A DNA stretch of 64,000 nt from Eledone cirrhosa. Lineage: Eukaryota. Both the position numbers and the translations under genes were made by a program. A model generated the notes under the pieces. That model was not told where the DNA came from and searched no databases. It was given only the letters and a program-made list of their open reading frames with translations. Positions 1 to 11,819 of the stretch are shown piece by piece (the first letter of the stretch is position 1; each line of letters begins with the position of its first letter). Location: assembly GCA_964016885.1 (NCBI GenBank), contig OZ024741.1, positions 338,148,001 through 338,212,000 of the forward strand. Reading direction: 5' to 3'.

Positions 1-56
1 AATACACAAGCTGAAACCGCTTGGTGCCTCAGTCGGGATTTTACCTCTCTCTGTCT

Positions 57-58
<2 letters not shown>

Positions 59-102
<44 letters not shown>
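59..102. repeat. (TA)n microsatellite (other TA tracts at ~289-317, 5194-5282, 5556-5640, 6650-6714, 19732-19760, 23078-23115, 29761-29778)
   Basis: Direct dinucleotide runs visible in sequence. Confidence 0.97.
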
Positions 103-104
<2 letters not shown>

Positions 105-288
105 CGAAGGAAATGTGGTAACCAGATGGATCATAACGCACCAGAGTACTCAATACTTAGGGTAGTAGAGTAGGTAATAGGAAACAGTATGACCTCGATG
201 GCAGAGCTCAAGCCGTTACGACGGCTATTTCAGGACTGAAATAGCCGTCGAAACGGCTTGAGCTCTGTCGACGGGGTCATACTTTCTC

Positions 289-291
<3 letters not shown>
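103..291. mobile_element. Small TA-flanked element ending in a ~57-bp-arm inverted repeat; probably Penelope pLTR-derived
   Basis: Arms ~176-232 and ~235-291 are imperfect reverse complements separated by 2 nt. The right arm has a hammerhead 3' half, GAAACGG-CTTGAGCT-CTGTC. It shares GGTAACCA...GTACTCAATAC with the element at ~18640. Confidence 0.55.
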
Positions 292-319
<28 letters not shown>

Positions 320-320
<1 letters not shown>

Positions 321-801
321 GAGACAGTTGGGTGGATGTTGTAGGTATATCGATGGTGTATTCCTTCCTAATTATAGGCATTTTGAGGGTTTGTTGCACA
401 ACATCTAACCAAACAGTTTAGAGGTTAATAGGAAGGGATGTAATATTAACAAGGTTATTTATTTAGACATTACTATCGAAATAGGTGGCGAGACGATATG
501 TTACAAATAGGACTAAGGATTTTAGCTTTAAGGTGGCTTGGATGCTATTTGCTTCTAGCTGTGCGCCAAAACTTTAGGATACAATGTGCTTTCTAGCCAA
601 GTTATTCTCTATGGTGGGATAAGTAGCCAGATGAATGTTTTTACGGAGGTAGTGAATAAACTTTTAAAATATATGGTAGAACAGGAATACAAAGAGAAAT
701 TTCTCATACAGCGTTTTCGCAATTGCCTTGGTGCTAATAGGGAGATTTGGGGGAAATATGGGGTTATTTCTAGTTTGCAGATGAGAGGCATAGGACTTTG
801 A
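320..801 (+). pseudogene. Degenerate Penelope-like reverse transcriptase C-terminal fragment
   Basis: Translation gives CRYIDGVF (RYIDD-like), then IYLDITI, then YNVLSSQVILYGGISS...LLKYMVEQEY, resembling the PLE RT palm/thumb. Stops and frameshifts are present. Confidence 0.45.
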
Positions 802-1354
802 AATTTATCTTATTTGCCTTAAGGTAGAAGCTTAGCGTATTTAAGAAAGATCTTTTTTTTTGCGGGGGGGGGGGGGTCGGTTTGCTTTGGAAAGCGTATA
901 GCCTGAATTTAATTTAATTTATTCTTAATTTTATTTATTTGCTTGAGATCTAAGTAAATTTGGTATATTTGCAATGAAGTAGTAATCTTTGTAAAAGCAA
1001 GGAGTGTTTAATTTTACATTGAAACTGTAGAAACTTAAGCTGTATGCAATGATGACCAACTTTAGAATTTAGCTTTGTTTAGGAGAAATAAAATTCTATA
1101 AACCTTTGTTATTCTTTTATTTTCACCGTTACTTGAACGGACGATATCAGAGAGTGGTGCCACTGTGCTGACTTACTCACTTTATCTACGCCCGGCGAAC
1201 GATCCACATGAGTAAGTCATGTTTTCGTTTTTTTTTTATACTCCCTGATTACGTGATTAAATATTTTAAACTTGTAGATTCGTGTATATTTTATTTAATC
1301 TTAATTATGTTTTACATTCCAGTGTATACATTATGTTTATTTTATATTAATAAT

Positions 1355-1528
1355 TGTTTCTACTTTTGGCACAAGGCCAGCAATTACTCAGTACATTACG
1401 GTACTTTATTTTATCGACCCCGTAAGGATGAAAGGCAATGTTAACCTCGGCGGGATTTGAAAGGGACGTAACTCTGTGCTGCAAAACATGGCGTCCGACC
1501 CTCTACCGATACTGCCAATCCACCACCC
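1355..1528 (-). mobile_element. tRNA-derived SINE (Deu/Nin-domain-like core)
   Basis: Reverse complement of the 17228-17416 copy: GGTGGATTGGCAGTATCGG head, CTTTCATCCTTACGGGGTCGATAAAATAAAGTACC core, GGCCTTGTGCCAAAAGTAGAAAC tail. Confidence 0.85.
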
Positions 1529-2359
1529 TGAGATTTATACCTTTGGCGTCGCCTTTAATTATAGTATTTTCTAATATCATATTATATTTTTCATCATGAA
1601 TTCATTCCGCTTATTTATTAATAAATTGGCATTTTCTTTATTCTTATTTTGGTTTTTAGGTTAAGGAGTAGGAACTAGACTTCTTATATACTTCATCTTG
1701 TAATCGTTTCGCTCATTTCTTTAATAGCTTAGTATTTTTTCTTGACTATTAATTGCGTTTTTTTGTTATGTTGTGAAAACTGGTCTCCCGATGCGCGATA
1801 TCACATGATCTTCTTGGATAGTTTTAGGGTTTTAGGTCAAGGGTATACGGAAAAGGGTAATGATATTGTTTACTGTCTATTCTTATATAGAAACTGCGTA
1901 ATTTGACGACTGTAGCTTGAAAAAGTCCGTCTCCCCTATATTAATATTTAGAGGGGGTTAGGGTTGGGATATATAGATGATGTCTGATGTAGGGATTATG
2001 TGGGATGTATTAGTTCTAGTATAGATACTTAGTTCATAATTGGCTTTGTTTTTACGAATGTATTTCTTACGAGTTTGTAATCCGATGGCCTTATCCACTA
2101 GTTTTGTTTTTTGTTTTTTGTTTATTGTTTTGTCTATTGTTGGCTTTGTTTTCTATGTGTATTATTTACGTATAGGGCACCCGATGATTGCTCTGCGTTT
2201 GTTCTGGGTGTGTCTGCTTTCAAATTTGTGTGTTTGACGGTCCTACTTCCATGTTTACCTATATATGTATGCAGTGTATATGTGTGTAATGTGTGTATGC
2301 ATATTTGGGTAGTTATTGATGGTGAATAGACTGGTTGGAGCAATAACGGCCTTATGTAC

Positions 2360-3170
<811 letters not shown>

Positions 3171-3184
3171 TAATAATAATAATG

Positions 3185-3392
3185 GTTTCTATTATAGGCA
3201 CAAAGCCAGCAATTTGAAGGGGTTCGGTTAAATCGGCCCCAGTACGCACTGGTACTTTATTTTATCGACCCCCGTAAGGATGAAAAGCAAAGCTTACCTC
3301 ACTGGAATTTGAACTCAGAACGTAAGGGGCCGTAACTCTATGTTGCAAAGCATGGTGTCCGGCACTCTACCGATTCTGCCAATCCACCATCC
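3185..3392 (-). mobile_element. tRNA-derived SINE
   Basis: Same head, B-box (GAGTTCAAATTCC) and core as the other copies; flanked by AAT repeats. Confidence 0.85.
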
Positions 3393-3404
3393 TTAACAAT
3401 AATA

Positions 3405-3604
3405 ATGGTTTCTTATATAGGCACAAGCCCATGAATTTGGGGGAGAGGGAAAGTCGATTTAAATCGACCCCAGTGCGTGACTGGTACTTTATTTTATCGA
3501 CCCCATAAGGATGAAAGGCAAAGTTAACCTCGGCGGGATTTGAACTCAGATCGTAAAGGGCCGTAACTCTACGCTGCAAAGCATGATGTCCAACTCTCTA
3601 CCGA
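3405..3604 (-). mobile_element. tRNA-derived SINE (tandem second copy, 5' end eroded)
   Basis: CTGAGTTCAAATCCCGCCGAGGTTAACTTTGCCTTTCATCC core on the minus strand. Confidence 0.83.
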
Positions 3605-3997
3605 ATAATGATAATATATAATATTTTTATGTTTCCATCCTGTTAATTTTGGAGGCTATTATTTAATGTTAGAATATTACCGTCACTTCCAATATATAAC
3701 TTCTAAAACACGCCAGACCTTATTCTATACATCTCTTAACACATTAAGCAAAATCATACCATTATGTTTATGCTAATAATTGTCTTTTCAATAGATATTT
3801 TCCCCCAGCTAAATTGGTGTATGCAAAAATAAATATACATTTCCCGTTCAACGTGAGAAACAGTTTGAAATGTCACTCTGATCCAAGAATTAACATATGG
3901 TGAAAAGAAAATAGAAAGTTCGATCGATATTATAAGAACGAAATTGACATAACAAAGAAAAACAGGCTTGGTGTTGTAACTCTAGCCACATGCATAA

Positions 3998-4486
3998 ATA
4001 CATACATACATACATACATACATACATACATACATACATACATACATACATACATACATACATACATACATACATACATACATACAAACATACATATATA
4101 CAAACATACATATATACATACAAACATACATACATATAAACATACATACATCAAAATTTGCAAAACATTCTTGCGATTCAAGGGATGACAATTTCTTTTC
4201 TTTTACAACCTTGCCACCAGGAAGGTGGCCGGTCCAAAAAAATATACTCGAAATTAAGAGAAAGAGATAACATATATACATACATACATATATACATGCA
4301 TATATACATAGTTATATACATACATACATATATACATGCATACATACATACATACATGCATACATACATACGTACATACATACATACATACGTACATACA
4401 TGCATACATACATACATACATACATACATACATACATACATACATACATACATACATACATACATACATACATACATACATACATC
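3998..4486. repeat. Two (TACA)n tetranucleotide tracts (~3998-4150 and ~4270-4486)
   Basis: Direct inspection. Confidence 0.95.
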
Positions 4487-4733
4487 ATTTGCTGGTTGAA
4501 CGTGAAAGTCCGTTACGCGTGAGTGCCCAGCATTGCTGCTTGTCAAAGAGATCTCTTCAAAACTCGTGCCCAGTATATAGGTCATGGTATATAGGTCAGG
4601 GTATATAGGTCAGGGATTGAATGGGAATTTATGGCTCAGTAGTAAACAAGTATAGTGGAACCCTCTGCTCCACTTAATGGCAATCAATCTAGTTGCCAAA
4701 AATATTTTCAAATAAAGCTTAAATTCGGTGAAC

Positions 4734-4850
<117 letters not shown>

Positions 4851-5133
4851 ATATAAATATATATATATACATGTGTGTGTTTGCGCCAATGGCGATTTCC
4901 AGCAGAAAGCGAAGTAAAGGGGTACATTACTTCGATAATGACTATCATTCAGAAACAACTGTCGGTAATTTCCTCTAGCTTCTGTTGGAACTCGCTAGGT
5001 GGCGCCCTGTCACTAGCTTTTAAAATTCATAGCTAAAAGCTTTCAAATGTTTATTTGTAAACAAACCGTATATTATTCGATATACAAAATACACAGACAT
5101 ATATATATTCATTTTATTAAAGCTAAATAGTGT

Positions 5134-5186
5134 GTCCTGTTACTCTGGAGTTTCGCCTGCTTCTCACAAGGTCATCAGGCAAGAAC
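5134..5186 (-). ncRNA. Degenerate minimal type I hammerhead ribozyme motif
   Basis: Minus strand reads GTTCTTGC-CTGATGA-CCTTG TGAGAAG CAGGC-GAAA-CTC CA GAG-TA-ACAGGAC. The core is intact and stem III is near-palindromic, but there are mismatches at the base of stems I and II. Confidence 0.6.
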
Positions 5187-5227
5187 TTAACGGATATATA
5201 TATATATACATATATACATATATATAA

Positions 5228-5285
<58 letters not shown>

Positions 5286-5555
5286 GACATCTATAATGTT
5301 GTTCTCATTACCACAACAGAAGTCCAACGTGGTTTTGATTCCAGAGTCGGGCCAAATCGATACAGATCGAACCTTGAGCTGATCAATCGCGAAACGCGCG
5401 TCACACCTCCACGTAATGAAGATATAACACTTCGTCCTTTTTATTATTAATAGTATTATACTCAGCTTAGTACGACACCAATATACCTACTGGGAACTAC
5501 GCATCGAGTGCTCACTCTAGGGAACCTACAGTAACTAGACGTTACAATCCTTAAG

Positions 5556-5624
<69 letters not shown>

Positions 5625-5640
5625 CATGTATGTATATATA

Positions 5641-6647
5641 TTCTATTCTATTCTAAGGCGGGTAAAATTCCCGAGATCCATGGACGAGTTCTTTCCAGCG
5701 GTCTCTGTCCCTCATTATCGCTGCCATGTCCTGCGTCTCCAATAGACCAGTGTCTGTCCTTAGGGCATCAACATACGTTAACCTTGGTCTTCCTCTTCTA
5801 GTGTGTCCATGTAGGGGCTCCCAAAGGAGCACTGAGTGCAATGTCAACTCTGGATGTCGGTGAGCATGTCCAGCCAACCTCAGTCTACTCTGTGTCACTT
5901 TTGAGCTGACTCTTGGGATGCTCCCATACAGCTCTGAGTTTTCATCCTCAGTGTATACTGATTAATGTTCAGAGCCATCCTCAGCATTCTCGTGTAGCAC
6001 CCATCCACCATCTGAAGATAGTGGACCTGATATCACTGCTCTACATCAACACCAAAGCCCAAGTCATTACACCTGATGGGATGACAGAGTTCTTTGAGAT
6101 ACTGGCTGGAGTGCTCCAGGGAGATACATTGGCTCCCTACCTTTTTATCATCGTAGTGGACTATTGTATGTGCCTTGCACTGGAGAAACACCAGGACTCT
6201 GGCTTTACTGTGACACCGGCTCAGAGCAGGAGAGTTAGGGCGAAAAAGGTATCGGATGCTGAATTTGCCGACGACATAGTTTGGGTGACAAATACAGTGA
6301 AGGAAGCAGAGGATTTGATGCGGGAGGTTGAGACTGTGTCGATGAGTGTGGGGCTGAGAATGAATGAGACTAAAACAAAATATCTGGTAGAGAATGTTGA
6401 GAAGCCAGAGGGGATCACTAATGTAGGCAGGAAGCCGCTAGAATTGGTTGAGGGCTTCCTGTATTTGGGAGCAAAGATTGGGAATACGGAAGATGATGTG
6501 GTTGAGAGGAAGAGCAAGTCCTGGGCGGCGTGCCACAGCTTGAGTTCGGTGTGGAAGTCGGACCTTCGTAGAGACCTGAAAATCCGCCTCTTCATTGCTG
6601 TAGTGGAGTCTGTGCTGCTGTATGGGTCTGAGACTTGGACACTGACC

Positions 6648-6648
<1 letters not shown>
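5641..6648 (-). mobile_element. RTE-clade LINE fragment with 5' inversion (3' part ~6012->5641 on -, inverted RT part ~6013-6648 on +)
   Basis: Plus strand: GVLQGDTLAPYLF, FADD, FLYLG, LLYGSETWTLT. Minus strand: MVDGCYTRMLRMALNI...RLRLAGH...RGRPRLTYVD...DRDRW* followed by a (GAATA) tail. (TA)n lies on both sides. Confidence 0.85.
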
Positions 6649-6716
<68 letters not shown>

Positions 6717-7288
6717 AGGAAGTTATAGTTCACTTGAAGCATCATTGTGTAATGTGGTATAAACGTTTGAATTTCTAAATCCAAACAATGCAGGTATGGA
6801 CATAGAATAAAGAATGCAAATGCAAAAGATATTGTTGACAATTAGTCTTTTACCTTAGATTTATTTAAATGTCCTTAATTTTCGAGATAATATCTCTTCT
6901 TCGGAGGGAAGTAAAGCGGTTAAACCAGTGTTCTAAATAGCTTGCCAAAACATGCTGACAGGAAATGGTATAGAGTATCTGTTCTATCTCTAATGTCAAA
7001 GAGTTAAGATTAGGTGGATAAAGAGTAGTCTCCCTTTAAAGGGTTTTTTTTGTACATGTGTTTAAGTGTGTGGGAGAATGCGTGAAGGTGTAAGTATGTG
7101 TGTGTGAGTGTGAGAAGATATGTCTATACGTAAATGTGGGGAATAGATGTTCTCTCGTGTTAGAACTGGTCTTTGTGTGTGTATGTGTGTGAGTGAGAGA
7201 GAATAAGTGGATGTGTAAGCTTGTGTATGTGTGTGTGTGTGTGCGTGCGTATGTGGGGGGGGATATAAGTATGGGGCTAGATGCTCTA

Positions 7289-8443
7289 TCAAGTTATAAA
7301 TTGGGTGTTGAGTTCTAGTCTATTATTGATTGGTGGTTGTGTTTTGTCTATAATTAGTGTTTCCTTAATTCTAAGATTGCCGAGGTTTCTTTCCTTAGTT
7401 TCTATCCTAATTGTTATGGTTTTGTTGGTGTTTTTGCATTTCACTAGGTGTTTCTTAAATGAGGAAACGTTAGTATTGAGGTGTTCCTTTATTCTTATGT
7501 GGGGTGGTCTGGTGGTGCTACCTACGTAGAAGTTGCTGCATTTGTCGCACTCTAGTCTGTATACGACGTAAGCCTGGTGGCATAGGTCTGTGTCGTTGAT
7601 GGGGCAGTTGGCTAGCCTGCAGCGGTTGTCATGTCTGCTGGAGTGTCTTTTGGTTAGCTGTCCGCGTAGAGAAGGTCCTGAGTGGGCCAGTTGGATATCT
7701 AGTCCCTCTAGTCTGATAGCTCAGCGGATGGCTGTTGTTTCGTCACTGAAGTGTGGGAGCTTCAGGAAGCAAGTGTTAGTGCCTCGGGTGTGGTGTCCTC
7801 TGTTCTTTCTGGCACGGTTTGTGGTGGATGTCGTGTATCCGTTCAGTTTGAGTACTTCCAGGAAATGTGTGGTGTGTGTGTCTCGGTCTCTAGCGTCGGT
7901 GCATTTGTTCCGGATACGTGTTAATTCGTTCCTTATGTATCCGAACTTAGCGCCGGCTGGGAGGGCTGATCTGAAATGTACGAACAGGTCCTGGCGGCTT
8001 TTTTATAGAAGCAGGTGTGGATGTTGCCTTCCTCTGTTACCCTGAGTTGGAAGTCCAGTAGGGATAGGGATCCGCGGTCATCGGGGTGTTCCATGCTGAA
8101 CTTTATACTGGCGTCCATGCTGGAGAATGTTGTGTATATTTTATCCGCCTCCTCACGGGATGATGTAAGGATGAGTATATCATCTACATATCGGGTGAAG
8201 AAGGTATGGGAATGGCAGGTGTTGAGGGCTCGGCATTCTAGCTGGTTCATATAGGTGATGGCCAGCAGGCCCGATAGGCTGGATCCCATGGGTAATCCTG
8301 TTGTCTGTCTGTATGTGTGGTGGTGGAAGGTGAAGTACGTGTTGTCCACTGTGAAGGACAAAAGCTGGTGTATGTCCGTCGGATGGAGGCCGTAGCAGTG
8401 GATGTCCTCTGCGAGCACGCAGTCCGTCAATAAATCGACAGCT
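7289..8443 (-). mobile_element. Penelope-like element, 5'-truncated, frameshifted RT + C-terminal GIY-YIG endonuclease
   Basis: YRQTTGLPMGSSLS, RYVDD, LSLLD, YKK in ORF 7933-8484. Downstream VVYRLECDKCSNFYVGSTTR..HIRIKEH...LRIKETLII...PPIN (GIY-YIG) ends at a TGA at ~7289. Confidence 0.92.
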
Positions 8444-11430
8444 AATGTGGACTTGGACAAACGGCATCGGGTCATCCAGATCATATCTAGATAGAGTATT
8501 GTGTAGGGAAATAGATAGGTCTAGCATAGGCTGTCCACAATTCAAGATAGTCAGCTACACGGACCACAAATTCCTGATCTGTGTGGTTGACTTAGATAGG
8601 CTTCATAGACAAGGACCCGGCTACTGGAGGCTAAACGCGTCATTACCAGCGCGCAAGGCCTACAGAGACCGGATTAGCGAACTAGTTAAGCGGGCGTTGA
8701 CGGGGGCCATCGTCAACAACAAGTGGTGGTTTGCTCTGAAAAGAGCGATTAGAACAGAGTCCATTAGGTTTAGTAAGGCTTTGGCAATAGAGAAAAATAG
8801 AGAAGAGGGAGAATTAGTTAAAAAGTTAGACGAGGTGCTTAGCAAAGGCATCGCGACCGACGTACTTGCGGCGAAATTGGCCCTTGACCAATTCTTCAAT
8901 GCAAAGCACGAAGGCTGCGTTGTCAGAGCTAGGGTGCGTGCTCTCAGACACGAGGGGACGAAAGCCGTTCAATGGGCCCGAGTGGCGGAGACGCGTCGTG
9001 GCAACAAAGCCACGATCCGGTCTTTGGTGGACCACCACGGGCGCATGCTACTCGATCCCGGGAAAATGTGTGAAGCTTTTCAGCGACACTTCGCTCAGCT
9101 GTTCGGGGTCAGCGGCGGGCCGGATCGAGGGATGGACTTTAGTGTCTACCTCGACGGACTGCCGCGGCTCTCGGCCATGAGGCGGAGTGTTGCGAAAAGC
9201 CGATAACAGCAGCTGAAGTACGGGAGGCAATGACTGGCTGCACAAGGGGTAAATCGCCTGGTTTGGATGGTGTGCCCTATGAACTTTACGTACAGATGCC
9301 AGACCTGTTCGGAGGCCTCTTGGCGGACGTCTACTGCAACAGGCAACAGAACGGAAAAATTTCCAGCTCTGTGAGCCGAGGAGCGGTGGCGCTGCTGAAA
9401 AAGGATCCGAACAAGGAGGATAACATAGATAATTTCAGACCCATAACTCTTCTAAACACAGAGTTCAAGGTGCTAGCAAAGAGGTTGGCGCTTGTCGTTG
9501 GTGGTCTGGTAGGATAGGCGCCGACATGCGCCATTCCCGACAGATCCATCCACGACAACCTCCACCTCATGCGATACATCGTGGAGCGGGTAGCTAGGGA
9601 ACCTGGCACGGATGGGTCCTTGATCAATTTAGATCAGTCGAAAGCTTTCGATAGAGTCTACCATCGTTATCTGGCGGCAGTCCTGAGGGCGGCTGGCTTT
9701 GGGCTCGTCTTCAGAGGCTGGATCGCTGCCATGCACAGCGACATCTGCTCTGTGGTGAGAGTGAACGGTCACCTTTCAGAACCGTTCAACATCATGTGCT
9801 CGGTCCGCCAAGGATGTCCCCTCTTGTCCCTCTTGTACGTATTGACACTCGAGCCAGTACACATCGAAGCGATCGGCACTACACTAAGAGAATACGAAGC
9901 GGTGACAGGAGCAATGATCAACCAGGAAAAGTCAGTGGGCCTGTGGCTCGGCACCTGGAGAGGCAGGTCCATGCCGTCCAACAGCGTCGTCGGGCGCTGG
10001 ACGGACGGACCGGTTAAATTGCTAGGGGTCTGGTTCGGTTCAGACCTCCAGACGGACAAAAACTGGGACGAGGTGACGAGCAGAGTGGCTTCTCTCACCC
10101 AGAAATGGGCCGAGAGGAAGCTATCCCTGAAAGGTCGAGCGGAGGTGGCGAATGCGTACATCGCGTCCGTCATCTACTACCGCCTGACCGTCGTACCTTG
10201 TCCTAAGCCCCGCCTGACTGCGCTGGAGCGTTTGCTCTTTCGCTTCTTGTGGAAGGGACGCGCTCCGATGGTCAGGCGGTCCATCTGCTGTCAACACCCG
10301 CTACGTGGAGGGCTGGGCATGCCGTGGCTGATGATGCGCAGACACGCGCTCAGGCTACGACATCTCCACCTCTTCCTCGACAGTGATCAGGTGTGGTCGC
10401 CGTTTGCTAGACACGTTTTTTCCCAGCTCGTCTCCTTGACGGAGCTGCAGTCCTGGGTCAAGCGAAGACCGAGAGGAAGCGCTTGGAGACAGGAATGTCT
10501 TCAGGCGCTCACAGCCCTCGACCAATCGGACAATGTGATCGGTGGAAACTCCACCTTGGCATTCTATAGGGGATTAGTGGAGGGGAAGAGCGACGACGTA
10601 CTTGGAGAAACTCTAGGCGTCGACGAAAATCAACTAGCCAATCTCTTCGGAAGGACTTTCGGGCCGGGGCCTATGGACAACTTCCAGAAATCCCTGGCCT
10701 GGCAGTGCTACCGGGGAGCGTTGCCAGTTCGGGATAAACTCTACAGGCATGGAGGTGCCGTCAGCCGGGCATGTCCGAGATACGCGCAGGGTGACGAAAC
10801 CGTCCTGCACGCACTCGTCCAGTGTCCGAGCATTGCTGACTTGTGGGTTTATGTCGAACACCTGCTGTCACGTGTAGGACGGATCCAGCTATCAGCTGAG
10901 TCCATCGTGAGGATTGCCCCGCCCTCTTCCTTTAGCCGGGAAGGGCAGGCAGTTTTTATCTGGCTGGTGGCCATGGCGAAAGAGATAGTATGGTGGACAC
11001 GTTTGAAAGGGCTGAAGACGAGCACTTACCTCTTCGGTGATGCCCTGATTAACTTTTTCAAATTTCATTTGAAAAGGAAAATCAGGGTAGAGATGGAAGA
11101 GCTCTCTTCCCAGCATTTTGTTGAAAGATGGGTGAGAGAAGCAAGTATGGCCCGAATGAATGGGCCTTCTCTGAGTATGTGTCTGTAAATTAAAGGTGGA
11201 AAACTGGGAGAGGGCACTTGCCCTGGTGGTCAGGGTCACTGTGGTCTTTTAATGGGCTTTCTCCACAAATGTCCCTCGGAAGTCTCCCCCCTATTGGGGA
11301 ATTTTTCTTTGTTATTTTATTACATCCTCTGTTTTTTTACACGCAGAAATGCCCATTTGTACCGTCGTGTATTGTCCTGTACTGTCCTCAATGTCTACTT
11401 TATGTAAACCCTTGTGGTTAATAAAGAAAA

Positions 11431-11431
<1 letters not shown>
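8443..11431 (+). mobile_element. Tx1/L1-clade LINE ORF2 remnant (end of APE endonuclease, RT, C-terminal zinc finger), 3' UTR and (ATT)n tail
   Basis: SYLDRVL...SYTDHK, GYWRLN, KSPGLDG, NFRPITLLN, LDQSKAFDRV, VRQGCP and CPR..ETVLHALVQC motifs; AATAAA at ~11420. It has frameshifts/stops and an in-frame deletion of YADD. Confidence 0.92.
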
Positions 11432-11462
<31 letters not shown>

Positions 11463-11465
<3 letters not shown>

Positions 11466-11748
11466 CTTGAATCTCAGTCATTGATGTTAGTTAACTGGAA
11501 AGTCCGTTGGAATGAATATCAAGCCACTACCTGCAGCCTCAGATATTCAGGACGTATCGGAGGGTTCTTGCTGTTCCCAGCAAGCATGCCTTTTGAAGCT
11601 TCCTCCGACACCAGCAGTATTTGGTTGACATCCAGGTTCCTGCTGCTGAGCCAGGGAGCACCTGTTGGGTGAGAGTCTGTCACATGACGTTCTAGTCTCC
11701 ATTTCACCGTTATTCGAACTGTTTAGGTTCGATTATCGAGGATTAGCG
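11463..11748 (-). mobile_element. Short (~285 bp) Dong-derived element: ~140 bp of Dong 3' end joined to a ~150 bp unique 5' segment
   Basis: 11463-~11600 is nearly identical to the 3' end of the 11820-13857 copy; (TAA)n on both sides. Confidence 0.7.
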
Positions 11749-11807
<59 letters not shown>

Positions 11808-11819
11808 TGTTATTGTTAT

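Noticed and set aside
4573-4613. Triple GTATATAGGTCA repeat resembling nuclear-receptor half-sites
   Set aside because: Short local tandem duplication with no gene context to support a regulatory call
6836-6906. Possible hammerhead downstream of the Penelope ORF (minus: CCGAAGA-A-GAGAT ATT ATCTC-GAAA...CTAATTGTC)
   Set aside because: Core altered and no stem I could be formed; at best a relic
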